This document shows positions 51,862 to 60,761 of a stretch of DNA of 64,000 bases, piece after piece. The stretch covers positions 143,143 through 207,142 of the forward strand of contig JAGWJP010000001.1 of the NCBI GenBank assembly GCA_028865725.1. Direction: 5' to 3'. Numbering within the stretch: position 1 is the first letter of the stretch; each line of letters begins with the position of its first letter. A model generated the notes under the pieces. It saw only the letters and a list, made by a program, of their open reading frames with translations, was not told the DNA's origin and did not search any database. The stretch is from Patescibacteria group bacterium (GTDB lineage Bacteria; Patescibacteriota; Minisyncoccia; UBA6257; JACRHW01). Both the position numbers and the translations under genes were made by a program.

Positions 51862-52818
51862 TTAATATGCGGTTGTCCTTGTTAAATGATAGGGCTTGTC
51901 ATCGGGGTATTTCGTTTGAGTATATAGCCAAAGATGATCGTTTATGTCCATAGAAGTGATTCCATCAAACCTTTTTTGAACCTCTTGTTTTATAAACTCA
52001 ACCGCCCAGATCGTATTAGCCCTGATTTCAATTTCTTCCTCGCTGTCATGCGGAATGGGGGTTTTAGAATCGATTTTTTCGGCCAGTGAATCGACATAGG
52101 AGAGAATGCCGAATTTTCTAAGTGCTTGAGGCAATTTATAATCAGCACAAGCGGTGATTTCATTGGCATTTTTGAAATCGCCGGGTCCCTGATGTTTAAA
52201 TAACTGGTAGATATCGGCAATTAAAAGCTGGGCTCTTTTATAAAAATCTATCTCTTTTCCTTTATAAATACTTACGTCTCTAAAAGAAGGGAACGTTTCG
52301 ATAATGAACTCGAGTAAATGAACAGCGTCTTTATTTGCTTGCAAAATAAAATCAGAGAAATTGCCGTTGTTCTTTGCGATCAATGCTTTACCAGTCTCGA
52401 CCATAATGACATGTCGTTCATTAAGCAATGGAATCTCTGAATTACCTCGCAGGATCTCGGCGAGTTCCTGCCTGCTCATTTTAGATCGATAGTCGGCACT
52501 TAAAATATCTCGTCCTTCATCTATGGCTCGCTTGAGTGCAACAATCATTCCCCATGCACCGTCAAATTGCTGATCTTTATAAGTTATCGTCCATTTGGGG
52601 TTGCCCCAATAGCTGAAGCTAAGAGCGTTAAAAACAAATAGAAAGTTAAGTTTGTCATCATCGGATAATTCGGAAAAACCAAACGGGGCGGCTGAGAGCC
52701 AGTGCTGAACGTTGGTATGGTCAAAATTCTTTGCGAATTCCAAAACCTTGTCTTGGTTAATTCGGACAAATTGAGATTGATCGATTACCAACTTAGTTGT
52801 TTCTAAAACTTTATTCAT
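51862..52818 (-). CDS. Queuosine-5'-phosphate N-glycosylase/hydrolase (Q-salvage, QNG1/DUF2419-like)
   Basis: F..NAL.F.YW, FP.FRD, FYKRAQL, ADYKLPQ.L...GIL.Y, E.EIRA, LW, P.H.TRT..Y. Confidence 0.88.
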   Translation of the reverse strand: MNKVLETTKLVIDQSQFVRINQDKVLEFAKNFDHTNVQHWLSAAPFGFSELSDDDKLNFLFVFNALSFSYWGNPKWTITYKDQQFDGAWGMIVALKRAIDEGRDILSADYRSKMSRQELAEILRGNSEIPLLNERHVIMVETGKALIAKNNGNFSDFILQANKDAVHLLEFIIETFPSFRDVSIYKGKEIDFYKRAQLLIADIYQLFKHQGPGDFKNANEITACADYKLPQALRKFGILSYVDSLAEKIDSKTPIPHDSEEEIEIRANTIWAVEFIKQEVQKRFDGITSMDINDHLWLYTQTKYPDDKPYHLTRTTAY

Positions 52819-53138
52819 AGTGTTTCAATAGGATAAATATCGAAAGCAACCTCCTCGTAAGGATGAACCGCTTTCACTTTTTTAATTACTTCGTCCAAAA
52901 TGGATCGAGGAACGACTGCTTCGATCCGCTCTTCTTCGACCGATTCATAGTTTCCACTTTTACCGATAGCTGGGTGAGAATTTTCATTGCCACGATAACG
53001 TCCGATACCTCTGGATGAAAAAGAACAAAAATCATAATTGCCGACTTTACCAGCACCGGCTTCTCCAAGTGTCTGTCTTACAATATCAGCATGGGATAAT
53101 GGAACAAACACTACTAATTTCACATCTTCTGTTTTCAT
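52815..53138 (-). CDS. YqfO-like protein (stand-alone PII-like insert domain of NIF3)
   Basis: KLVVFVP..HAD.VR..L..AGAG..GNYD.CSF...G.GR, HPYEEVAFDIYP. Confidence 0.88.
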   Translation of the reverse strand: MKTEDVKLVVFVPLSHADIVRQTLGEAGAGKVGNYDFCSFSSRGIGRYRGNENSHPAIGKSGNYESVEEERIEAVVPRSILDEVIKKVKAVHPYEEVAFDIYPIETL

Positions 53139-53149
53139 TGTTTTATAAA

Positions 53150-56029
53150 TTAATCTGGAAAACTATATTTTTGTTCGCGTTTTTGAAATGCCTCTTTGCC
53201 ACCCTCGAGTATCTCGCAGACATGCTGTCTAATCCCTTTGCGATACAAGATTGCTGGTTCTTGCTCGGCATTGAACTCGAAAGTATTTTCAAGAGCACCT
53301 GACACATATTCAAATCTGTATTTTTTATTATCGCGCCCGATCTCTTGACCGGCTTGGTTCGCGACAATTGTCTCCTCCGAATCTGCACCGACTACAAGGT
53401 TTGGATTATGCGTAACAATAATGATTTGCCTCTGCAATTTTTTCTTTTTCAGAAAGTCTACAAGATCATCGTATACAGAACGGTTGTCGAGATCGTCTTC
53501 GGGCTGATCGAGAAGTATAGGCCATTCTTCATTGCTCAAATTTATGAGCAATTGAAGCAACACGAGGCCTTTCTTTCCGGGAGACATTTTATCAAGCGAA
53601 TCGTTTTTGTAGAAAATTCTAAAATCCAGGAAAAAATAATTATCTAGCAACTTTGTCGAGGCATCTTTTGCTTGGCGATTCTTGACTGTGTTAATAGTGC
53701 CACCAACTAATCCTTCGAATACCGTTGTGATATTAGCAAGGTGCTTTGCTGGGTCATATTTATAAATAAATTCGTCGCCCCACTCAGCTTCGACAATTAC
53801 ACGCTTCAGATCGTGTTTATTTATATATTCCTTGACCACGTCGGAATTAAAAATATCGTCATTAAAACTTACATGGACTCCGAGTGTGATATCTCCAAAT
53901 TTACTCTCAAATTTCTTGAATTCATTCCGCAGGTTTTCGTACTTAGCGACAATCTGCTTATAGGATTCAATGATGCTGTCGGTCTTCTTTTTATGAGACG
54001 CTTTTTTGGTCTTCAGATTATTTCTCTTTATTGCTATTTCGTTCAATTTTTGTTGCTCTTTCTTGATAGCGTCTGTTTTCTCTTGTAACTCTGATTGCAA
54101 TTGGATTTTCGCAAGTAATGGTGCAAGCTCTGCTTTTATCCTTGTCATTTCCGCATTATGAACTTTAAGCTTTGCATCTATCGTGGTGATAAGGTTGAGC
54201 GTGGCAGTTTTTAGCCCAGGTTCGAAAGAATCAATTACTTTTAATTCGCTCTTAAACTTCGTTTTTATGTCGGCGTCATTCAAATACTCTTCGCATTCGT
54301 CTGCGGTTGTTCGCAATGATTCGACTTGAGAAATCAGGCTAGTATTTAAATTCTTTATGGTCTTTTTATCCTCTTCGAGATTTGAAACCTGTGCATTGAT
54401 TTCCTTTTCCTTTGCCACTAATCCCTCATACTGTTTGAGCTGTTCATCGGTCAGACCCGATTTTGCCTTGATAGCATCTGCCTGATTTTGAAGCGTTTTA
54501 ATATAACTCTCTATACCTTTCTCATCCCCTGCCTGTTTCAACTCCTCCTCGGTCTTTCCGATATCGTTGCGATCCAAAAATAACTCATTGATTGCAGTTG
54601 GGATAGACTTAGCTTCAGCTTTTATTTCTCGAAGGGTCTCCTCATATTTTTCTTTTACCGCTGGATCTTGCAAGATCACGTTGAGTACGAACTCATTCAG
54701 GGCCTCACGGCTCTTAATATTGGCTTCCGAAAGTGTATTCAGGTAACGCTGTGGTATATAAAGGATTTTACGTTCTTTTGATTCTTCTTCCGCTGATCCC
54801 TCCGGAACCCGAAGCAGAGTGTGCTGGCCGTCTTTCCATGTGACTTCGAAATTGAAATCCACCGAGTTATCAAAATCGTATTTGACCGGAACCCCGCTGT
54901 CTGAAGTACGACTTTTAACTTCCTGCTGGTCGATCGTTTTGGCCATGTAATAAAGCAGGAGAGATTTACCCGTAGATTTTCCACCGATAATGGTGGTCAG
55001 GTTCTGATTCACTTCTATAGGATCACTTCCAAATTTTGCATCACTTGTATTATCCAAAAAACGGACTTTGTCTATGACGAAATATGACTTTTTCTCCTCC
55101 GGTTTCTGGGGTCCGACAAAAATGCGCTGATCAGATTCGAAGACTATCTGTTTAAGACCTTCGAACGTTGGATCGGCTTTAATCCAAAGGAAGTTACCGT
55201 CTTGATCAGCTTTACCAAGATCACGCAATGATCTGGCGTCCGAGCTTATATGAGAACAAAACTTTGAGGTAAGCGACGTGTTAGTTTTGATATAGTCAGA
55301 GACGGAAGCTGATGACTGTTGACGCTGAGACTGCAAAAGGTTCATCTTTTGATAATTAAAGATATCAGCCAAGTGTGTCCGATCAGTCGCCGTACGTTCT
55401 TGGAAAAGACCGTTACTGCTGTTGCAATGAGGATAAATTATAATCCCTCCGTTTCTTTTGACTTCGTCTATGATTTCCTTGATATCAGTGCTTGTGGTCG
55501 TGAGAACTCCTTGGCTGTTTGTCCGGTTATTGATATTGAATTTTGTTAGAAACGCTTGAATGCCGGCAGAAAATGTAGACTTTTGGTACAGCTTGTCCGA
55601 AAAGAATAACAACATGTGAATGCCTTGGCAGTTGATCTCTACACCAGGGATGATTTTACAACGAGACTCTTTTGAATACTCTATGAACGTATCGAGCAGG
55701 CAATCGTCAAAATAATTATGATCGGTTATGCCTATACAATCTAAGTCGGGATTGAAGGTATCGAGAAAAGCAAAATAATTCCTGATGTGATTCACGCACC
55801 TATCGTTTTTTGTAATTTGAGCATTATTAAAATAAACCTTCGAGTCGTAGAGCAAGGCATTTTCTTCGCCCCCAACCTTAGCGATGTACTGTTGCCAAGC
55901 TGTCGGGTTAGCCGACTTTAATTCCTCTGAATAGTTTGCGAGAGGGATATAGTTGTCGTCCAAAATGGTCTGTGTTTGCAGGTCCCACTTTCTCCATATC
56001 GAACCTTTTGGATAAGGAAAATTATTCAT
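53150..56029 (-). CDS. PHP-domain/ABC-type ATPase fusion (TrlF/Ppl-like)
   Basis: GS.WRKWDL, ITDHN, PGVEI, WIKADPTFEGLKQ; Walker A GGKSTGKS, coiled coil, MSPG, LLDQPEDDLDN, VTHNPN. Confidence 0.88.
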   Translation of the reverse strand: MNNFPYPKGSIWRKWDLQTQTILDDNYIPLANYSEELKSANPTAWQQYIAKVGGEENALLYDSKVYFNNAQITKNDRCVNHIRNYFAFLDTFNPDLDCIGITDHNYFDDCLLDTFIEYSKESRCKIIPGVEINCQGIHMLLFFSDKLYQKSTFSAGIQAFLTKFNINNRTNSQGVLTTTSTDIKEIIDEVKRNGGIIIYPHCNSSNGLFQERTATDRTHLADIFNYQKMNLLQSQRQQSSASVSDYIKTNTSLTSKFCSHISSDARSLRDLGKADQDGNFLWIKADPTFEGLKQIVFESDQRIFVGPQKPEEKKSYFVIDKVRFLDNTSDAKFGSDPIEVNQNLTTIIGGKSTGKSLLLYYMAKTIDQQEVKSRTSDSGVPVKYDFDNSVDFNFEVTWKDGQHTLLRVPEGSAEEESKERKILYIPQRYLNTLSEANIKSREALNEFVLNVILQDPAVKEKYEETLREIKAEAKSIPTAINELFLDRNDIGKTEEELKQAGDEKGIESYIKTLQNQADAIKAKSGLTDEQLKQYEGLVAKEKEINAQVSNLEEDKKTIKNLNTSLISQVESLRTTADECEEYLNDADIKTKFKSELKVIDSFEPGLKTATLNLITTIDAKLKVHNAEMTRIKAELAPLLAKIQLQSELQEKTDAIKKEQQKLNEIAIKRNNLKTKKASHKKKTDSIIESYKQIVAKYENLRNEFKKFESKFGDITLGVHVSFNDDIFNSDVVKEYINKHDLKRVIVEAEWGDEFIYKYDPAKHLANITTVFEGLVGGTINTVKNRQAKDASTKLLDNYFFLDFRIFYKNDSLDKMSPGKKGLVLLQLLINLSNEEWPILLDQPEDDLDNRSVYDDLVDFLKKKKLQRQIIIVTHNPNLVVGADSEETIVANQAGQEIGRDNKKYRFEYVSGALENTFEFNAEQEPAILYRKGIRQHVCEILEGGKEAFQKREQKYSFPD

Positions 56030-56034
56030 AAATA

Positions 56035-56832
56035 CTAAAGAATTACAGTCACTTTTTCATAAAGCATAGGCCAGCTATCCTGACGCATTCTAAATTTAGT
56101 ACCGTGGTTATGACCACTGCGAGCATCGAAGTCGACGAGAATCTTTGCTTCTTCAATAGCTTTCAAAAATCCTTCAAAGCTGAATTTTTGAAGCATCATA
56201 ACCTTATTGTATTTGTAATATTCCTTACCTCGGACAGTTTTGACCTCTGCCTGAACATAAAAACTATTCAAAAGTTTTGTACCGGCCTTATGTTCAAGAT
56301 CATCAAAACCCCAATATGGCTGTGGATTAAGTTCGCCAAGTCCTACTCGTTCCTTTACCACCTTAAGCCATTCGGCGTGTCGGATGTCCACGCTCTTCGC
56401 ATCAAATGATATTAAGACTTTCTTTTCGGTCCGATCGATTTTTACCATAAAACCACGATCGCTACGTGTAAGACCATGAATAGTCTGTCGAAAACTCATC
56501 TCACCTTTTGGATACTTCTTGCCATCTTCCTGATGCGCCCAACCATATTTCGGTAAAAGAACTTGTGGCACAAAACGAATAGCTCTGGGGGAGGGTTCAA
56601 TGTGAAATAAAGTACAAAGAGAAGTTGAATTCAATCGTTGGGCTTTTAATTCCCATTCGGCCGCATTTGGAATAGGTAGATTATTTTCTTTGATTCCGAG
56701 TAAGTCTTCGAGAGTATTCCCGATACCGCCGTGATTGCCCTTGCGAGCATTAGGAACCCACCCCATATTGGCAATCTCTTTTAATTTTTCAATAAGGGCC
56801 GGCTTTGTGTAAATTTTCGGTTTGTTTGGCAT
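56035..56832 (-). CDS. MvaI/BcnI-family restriction endonuclease
   Basis: GGIGNTLEDLLGIKENN, ELKA.R, TLF..EP, NHGTKFR. Confidence 0.9.
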   Translation of the reverse strand: MPNKPKIYTKPALIEKLKEIANMGWVPNARKGNHGGIGNTLEDLLGIKENNLPIPNAAEWELKAQRLNSTSLCTLFHIEPSPRAIRFVPQVLLPKYGWAHQEDGKKYPKGEMSFRQTIHGLTRSDRGFMVKIDRTEKKVLISFDAKSVDIRHAEWLKVVKERVGLGELNPQPYWGFDDLEHKAGTKLLNSFYVQAEVKTVRGKEYYKYNKVMMLQKFSFEGFLKAIEEAKILVDFDARSGHNHGTKFRMRQDSWPMLYEKVTVIL

Positions 56833-56836
56833 ATCT

Positions 56837-57637
56837 TTATAAAAGTTTTTGTTGGGCTTTATGGTTTTTAATTCTCTTCTCGGCCATCTCGCAATACTCC
56901 GGCGAAAGATCAATACCGATATAATGCCGGTTAAAATTTATTGCAGAAAGTGCGGTAGTACCAGAACCCATAAATGGGTCCAGAATAATTTTCGCATTGG
57001 TAGACGACACAATACGATCTATAAGATTTACAGGGAAAGCGGCTGGATGTTCGTTATTCATCTCCTGTGTAAATTCCCATACGTCACCGTGGCCACTTGC
57101 CTTAGGTGATAATTTAAATTTAGGTTTGGCGATAAGATAGATCACTTCGTATGTCGGCACAAAGTAACCGGGGTTAAAATTGAAACCGCCCTTTCTTCTC
57201 CAAATTATTATCTGGCGCACAGGAAAGCCACTTACAATATCCTGCCGATCCTGCAAAACACCTCCTTGTACGCGCCATTTATGATTGTAGAAAATCGCAC
57301 CATCTTCAGGAATAATCCTCATCATCTCCGCCAAGCATTCACGTTGCCATTTCACATACTCATCATGAGGCATACAGTCGTTATGGTGGGAGTAACCTTT
57401 TTGAAGTGCGGCATTTGCCCATTTACCACCACGGCCATCTTTCATGCCATTACCTGTAGAATTTTTAAGATTATAGGGTGGCGAAGTCACTATTAAATCA
57501 ACCGAGCCATCAGGTATTTTTTTCATGATATCAACTGCATTACCGCAGATGATTTTATTTAAAAAGTGATTAGGATATTCTAACTTCATAACCTTAGATT
57601 TAATGGGGCTCGTCTTTATTTTTACTTGAGTTTCCAT
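56837..57637 (-). CDS. Site-specific DNA methyltransferase, beta class (probably N4-cytosine)
   Basis: TSPPY motif IV precedes HPA.FP and LDPFMGSGTT motif I. Confidence 0.93.
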   Translation of the reverse strand: METQVKIKTSPIKSKVMKLEYPNHFLNKIICGNAVDIMKKIPDGSVDLIVTSPPYNLKNSTGNGMKDGRGGKWANAALQKGYSHHNDCMPHDEYVKWQRECLAEMMRIIPEDGAIFYNHKWRVQGGVLQDRQDIVSGFPVRQIIIWRRKGGFNFNPGYFVPTYEVIYLIAKPKFKLSPKASGHGDVWEFTQEMNNEHPAAFPVNLIDRIVSSTNAKIILDPFMGSGTTALSAINFNRHYIGIDLSPEYCEMAEKRIKNHKAQQKLL

Positions 57638-57638
57638 A

Positions 57639-57842
57639 TTATTTTGAATGCTTTTCATTTTTCTTTTTTACGTTACTCGTCTCCTCAAGAAAGGTGTTGA
57701 GGTCTGATTGTTTGATCCGCCAAACCCCCAACTTAGACGCTTTTAATCTACCGGACTCGATATATCGGGTTACGGTGCGAGTATGTACTCGTAATATTTC
57801 GGCAATTTCCTCAATGGTAAAAAGTTTTTCGATTTCGTTCAT
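57639..57842 (-). CDS. Excisionase-like (MerR-type HTH) protein
   Basis: LFTIEEIAEILRVHTRTVTRYIESGRLKA.K.G.WRI...DL..FL. Confidence 0.9.
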   Translation of the reverse strand: MNEIEKLFTIEEIAEILRVHTRTVTRYIESGRLKASKLGVWRIKQSDLNTFLEETSNVKKKNEKHSK

Positions 57843-57943
57843 AAAAATAAATTAAGTCGTTGGTATCATTTTACCGCTTTCAGATTTCGTTGTCAAAATT
57901 GCCGGTTTTTGTCATAATGTACTTATGAGCTAATCTGATAAAG

Positions 57944-58027
57944 TTTAGTGAATGGGAGACATAAAATAGGTCCGATTCACTAAAATTTGATTAATCGGCT
58001 TGAGTTATTCGAAAATTTCGAATAACT
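57944..58027. promoter_or_regulatory. Two inverted repeats (putative operators) in the divergent intergenic region
   Basis: TTTAGTGAATGGGA..TCCGATTCACTAAA (57944-57984) and AGTTATTCGAAA-A-TTTCGAATAACT (58003-58027). Confidence 0.6.
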
Positions 58028-58037
58028 GCATAAAAAA

Positions 58038-58721
58038 ATGAGTATGAAAATGAAAAAGGTCGCCAAGACCACCGAGTACAAATTTAATATAAGAAAACCG
58101 GTTGAGTTTATGTCCACTTACCGGCTATCAGTGGCTACCACTGAAAAGATTTTGCGGTTATCGATGAAATCAGCTGGCATAACCGACAGCGTTCAGATAA
58201 TAAAACACAATCAACCAGCTATCGGGCTTCTAACGAAAGAAATCATCGAAACCAAGCTCGAGGTAAAGAGTATCCGGTCCCTTTTAGAACGCCGAACTAG
58301 CAAATTTGAAGGGTTAACCGAATATGATCAGCATTTTATAAATACATTTGCCAAAGTGGCCGCAATTTCTTTCGCTGAATATTTTTCTCAAGGCAAAACC
58401 AAACCAGTATTAAACCAGACAATTCTCCACTTGTCGGCCGAGGCAGATTTATACCGTGAGCCGAAAAACAAGTATTGCTACCCTATGGGCAAAGAGCAGT
58501 CGCGTCACCAGATAGTTAAATACTTGATTGGCAAAGGATATCAAGCCACACCGGATATTCGCATGGCAACCAGTGCCAAAAGCGACTCATCCGTCCGTTC
58601 AGCAATCATGAAAATAAACGCTAAAGCCAAGCACGACCTAGAAATAGAGAAGAAATTGATTGAGGGCCGTCGCACTGGTGGTTACCGCATCAATCCAGAA
58701 TACAGAATTTTCTTGAAGTGA
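58038..58721 (+). CDS. Hypothetical protein with C-terminal winged-helix-like domain
   Basis: S.SSVRSAI.KIN.K....LI.GRR.GGYRINP; terminator at 58757-58787. Confidence 0.65.
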   Translation: MSMKMKKVAKTTEYKFNIRKPVEFMSTYRLSVATTEKILRLSMKSAGITDSVQIIKHNQPAIGLLTKEIIETKLEVKSIRSLLERRTSKFEGLTEYDQHFINTFAKVAAISFAEYFSQGKTKPVLNQTILHLSAEADLYREPKNKYCYPMGKEQSRHQIVKYLIGKGYQATPDIRMATSAKSDSSVRSAIMKINAKAKHDLEIEKKLIEGRRTGGYRINPEYRIFLK

Positions 58722-58848
58722 CGCTCGTAGTCCTCAAGTAATGTTAATAACTTTTCCGAAACGCTCACAAAATGGGCGTTTTTTGTTTGCCAAAATTTAT
58801 CCGCGGACTATTTAAGGCATAGCGGGTCGTTCGCTACGATAAACGCAT

Positions 58849-59064
58849 ATGTTAAGCGTTGAGCGAGTCAAACAATTAGCGAACGATCCCACTCTCTCTG
58901 ATAAGCAAATCGAGGAAATCAGAGACGGCTTTTATATGCTCTCACAAGTGATCTTTGAACAGTGGCAAGCCGAGAGAAACAAGGCTAAAGAAGCTGAGCA
59001 AAAAGATAATAAGAAAATTAATAATCAAAATGAATATGAAAAACCAACCGGACAACAGCAGTAA
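58849..59064 (+). CDS. Small hypothetical protein of the element backbone
   Basis: MLS.ERVK.L.....LSD..IEEIRD..Y.L...IFE.W. Confidence 0.65.
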   Translation: MLSVERVKQLANDPTLSDKQIEEIRDGFYMLSQVIFEQWQAERNKAKEAEQKDNKKINNQNEYEKPTGQQQ

Positions 59065-59296
59065 TTTTATCACCAGCGACTTCTACGTAGCCGCTTTTTT
59101 GCTCGCTAGCAAATATAAGCTTGTCGGCATAAACAAAACTGACATTCGTCGGTTTCGTTTTGTTTTTGTTGATCAGCCGGGACGGGTCCAATTCGTGGAA
59201 GGATATTTTTTAGGTTATACCGACGTGAATGTTAAAGAATTCGTCTCAGCGATTAAGGAACTCAAATCGCTGATGTATAACGACGCGATCAGTTGA
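59030..59296 (+). CDS. DUF5659-like protein
   Basis: F.T.DFY.AAFL.......L..I......F.F pattern, ELK..M end. Confidence 0.6.
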   Translation: MNMKNQPDNSSNFITSDFYVAAFLLASKYKLVGINKTDIRRFRFVFVDQPGRVQFVEGYFLGYTDVNVKEFVSAIKELKSLMYNDAIS

Positions 59297-59315
59297 AAAT
59301 AACTGAATATGAAAT

Positions 59316-60089
59316 ATGGAAAATCTGCCATTCGAAATAGATAACAATGATTACGTAAAGCTTCCCCGAAGCATCAAGACCGCCCTTGTGGACGGCTATT
59401 TGAGTTTTGAGGAATACTCGGTCCTTGTCTGGCTGTGGATCAATGCCAATCCCCGGATCGGCAAAGCCCATGTAAGCTACGCCGGCCTTTCCAAAGACTT
59501 CAAGGAAAAATACTCCAAGAATCACATCAACCGGCTGATGTTAAACCTAAAGTTCAAGAAGTGGATATGGTTTCCAGTACAGCAAGGTCGCAGAAGTTCG
59601 TTCCATGTTGATATCGCCAATTATCCTTTATCTAACGGTGGTTTTGTTGAGCTTGAGAAGCGTATCAAACAGAAGTCCGGCAGAAGTGAAAGTGATACTG
59701 GTACACAATTACCAACAGAAGTGTCGACAGAAGTCAGCGACGTTCGGCAGAAGTTGGAAAGCGACAAAAATGCTTTGGTAGATAGGTTTTCGTTCGGTTC
59801 AGAAAGTTCGCTCGGCAGAAGTTCCAAAAACGACAACGAGAATGAAAATAAAAACAACCGATCGAATCGTGGTCGACCCGTAAGAGAATTTACCCCCAAG
59901 TCTTACGAGGAACAGAAATGCTGGGAGATAGCTCAAAAGTTGGGAGAAAAAGACATGACCTTCATCCTCTCAGCTCTCAAAAAATACGGACTGACAAGAA
60001 TTGAGGAAGCTTACCGGTCAGTCATGGATCAACCGAGCGAGAAAATCCGAAGCCGAGGTGCGTATTTTAATCGTCTACTAAATTTGTAA
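59316..60089 (+). CDS. Putative replication initiator (phage-Rep-like) with internal iteron-like repeats
   Basis: N-terminal HTH-like region, low-complexity linker, C-terminal ..GAYF..L; seven CAGAAGT copies. Confidence 0.6.
   Translation: MENLPFEIDNNDYVKLPRSIKTALVDGYLSFEEYSVLVWLWINANPRIGKAHVSYAGLSKDFKEKYSKNHINRLMLNLKFKKWIWFPVQQGRRSSFHVDIANYPLSNGGFVELEKRIKQKSGRSESDTGTQLPTEVSTEVSDVRQKLESDKNALVDRFSFGSESSLGRSSKNDNENENKNNRSNRGRPVREFTPKSYEEQKCWEIAQKLGEKDMTFILSALKKYGLTRIEEAYRSVMDQPSEKIRSRGAYFNRLLNL
59591..59822 (+). repeat. Clustered CAGAAGT direct repeats (putative iterons)
   Basis: Copies start at 59591, 59670, 59681, 59716, 59728, 59748 and 59816, with a variant at 59800. Confidence 0.75.
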
Positions 60090-60090
60090 C

Positions 60091-60588
60091 ATGCCCAAGC
60101 TCACATACCTAAGACCAAAACATAAACGAGCCATAGAAATGAAATGGCAGGGTTCTCAGTACAAAGAAATTGCCAACGAGTTTGGAGTCTCGATTGATAC
60201 GGTTAAGTTTTGGTTTAGAGCGAAAGGTTTTTTGAGAGAAGCCTATAGTAAATACAGAGGCGAGCAAATTCTGAACAGGGATATTCAGGAAAAACAAGAA
60301 CGAATAAAAGCACTTACCGGCAATGGTTCGCATCAGGGCACAACGGACATCATAAATTCTTTGAGTCTTCCGATCCGTAAAATGTTCCAAAAGTTACCGG
60401 TGAAAGAAAAAGACGCTGTAATGGAACGATTCTATGAATTGAATCGGGAGTCCGAGGAGAGATTTAATAACTACACTAAACGGCACCAACTCACACCAAA
60501 TGACACCAAAAATGAGAAAGAAATAAATACACTTACACCCAATAAGCCCCCAAATAAGCCACCGAACCGTGCAAAACCATGCGAATAA
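60091..60588 (+). CDS. HTH DNA-binding protein
   Basis: G..YKEIA.EFGVS.DTVK.W HTH. Confidence 0.7.
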   Translation: MPKLTYLRPKHKRAIEMKWQGSQYKEIANEFGVSIDTVKFWFRAKGFLREAYSKYRGEQILNRDIQEKQERIKALTGNGSHQGTTDIINSLSLPIRKMFQKLPVKEKDAVMERFYELNRESEERFNNYTKRHQLTPNDTKNEKEINTLTPNKPPNKPPNRAKPCE

Positions 60589-60761
60589 CTACACTTAAAT
60601 ACAACAAAATGCAGTTAATTACAGCGTTTGAGCAAAATAAATGGAGATAAATAGTGATAAATGGTGTTTTTTGGAGAAAAATCCGAGACTGTGGGCAACT
60701 CGAGCTTAGCTTGTCCACCAAAATAGCGTATGTTGTGTGTTGAGAAATCTCTGCGAAAAAT

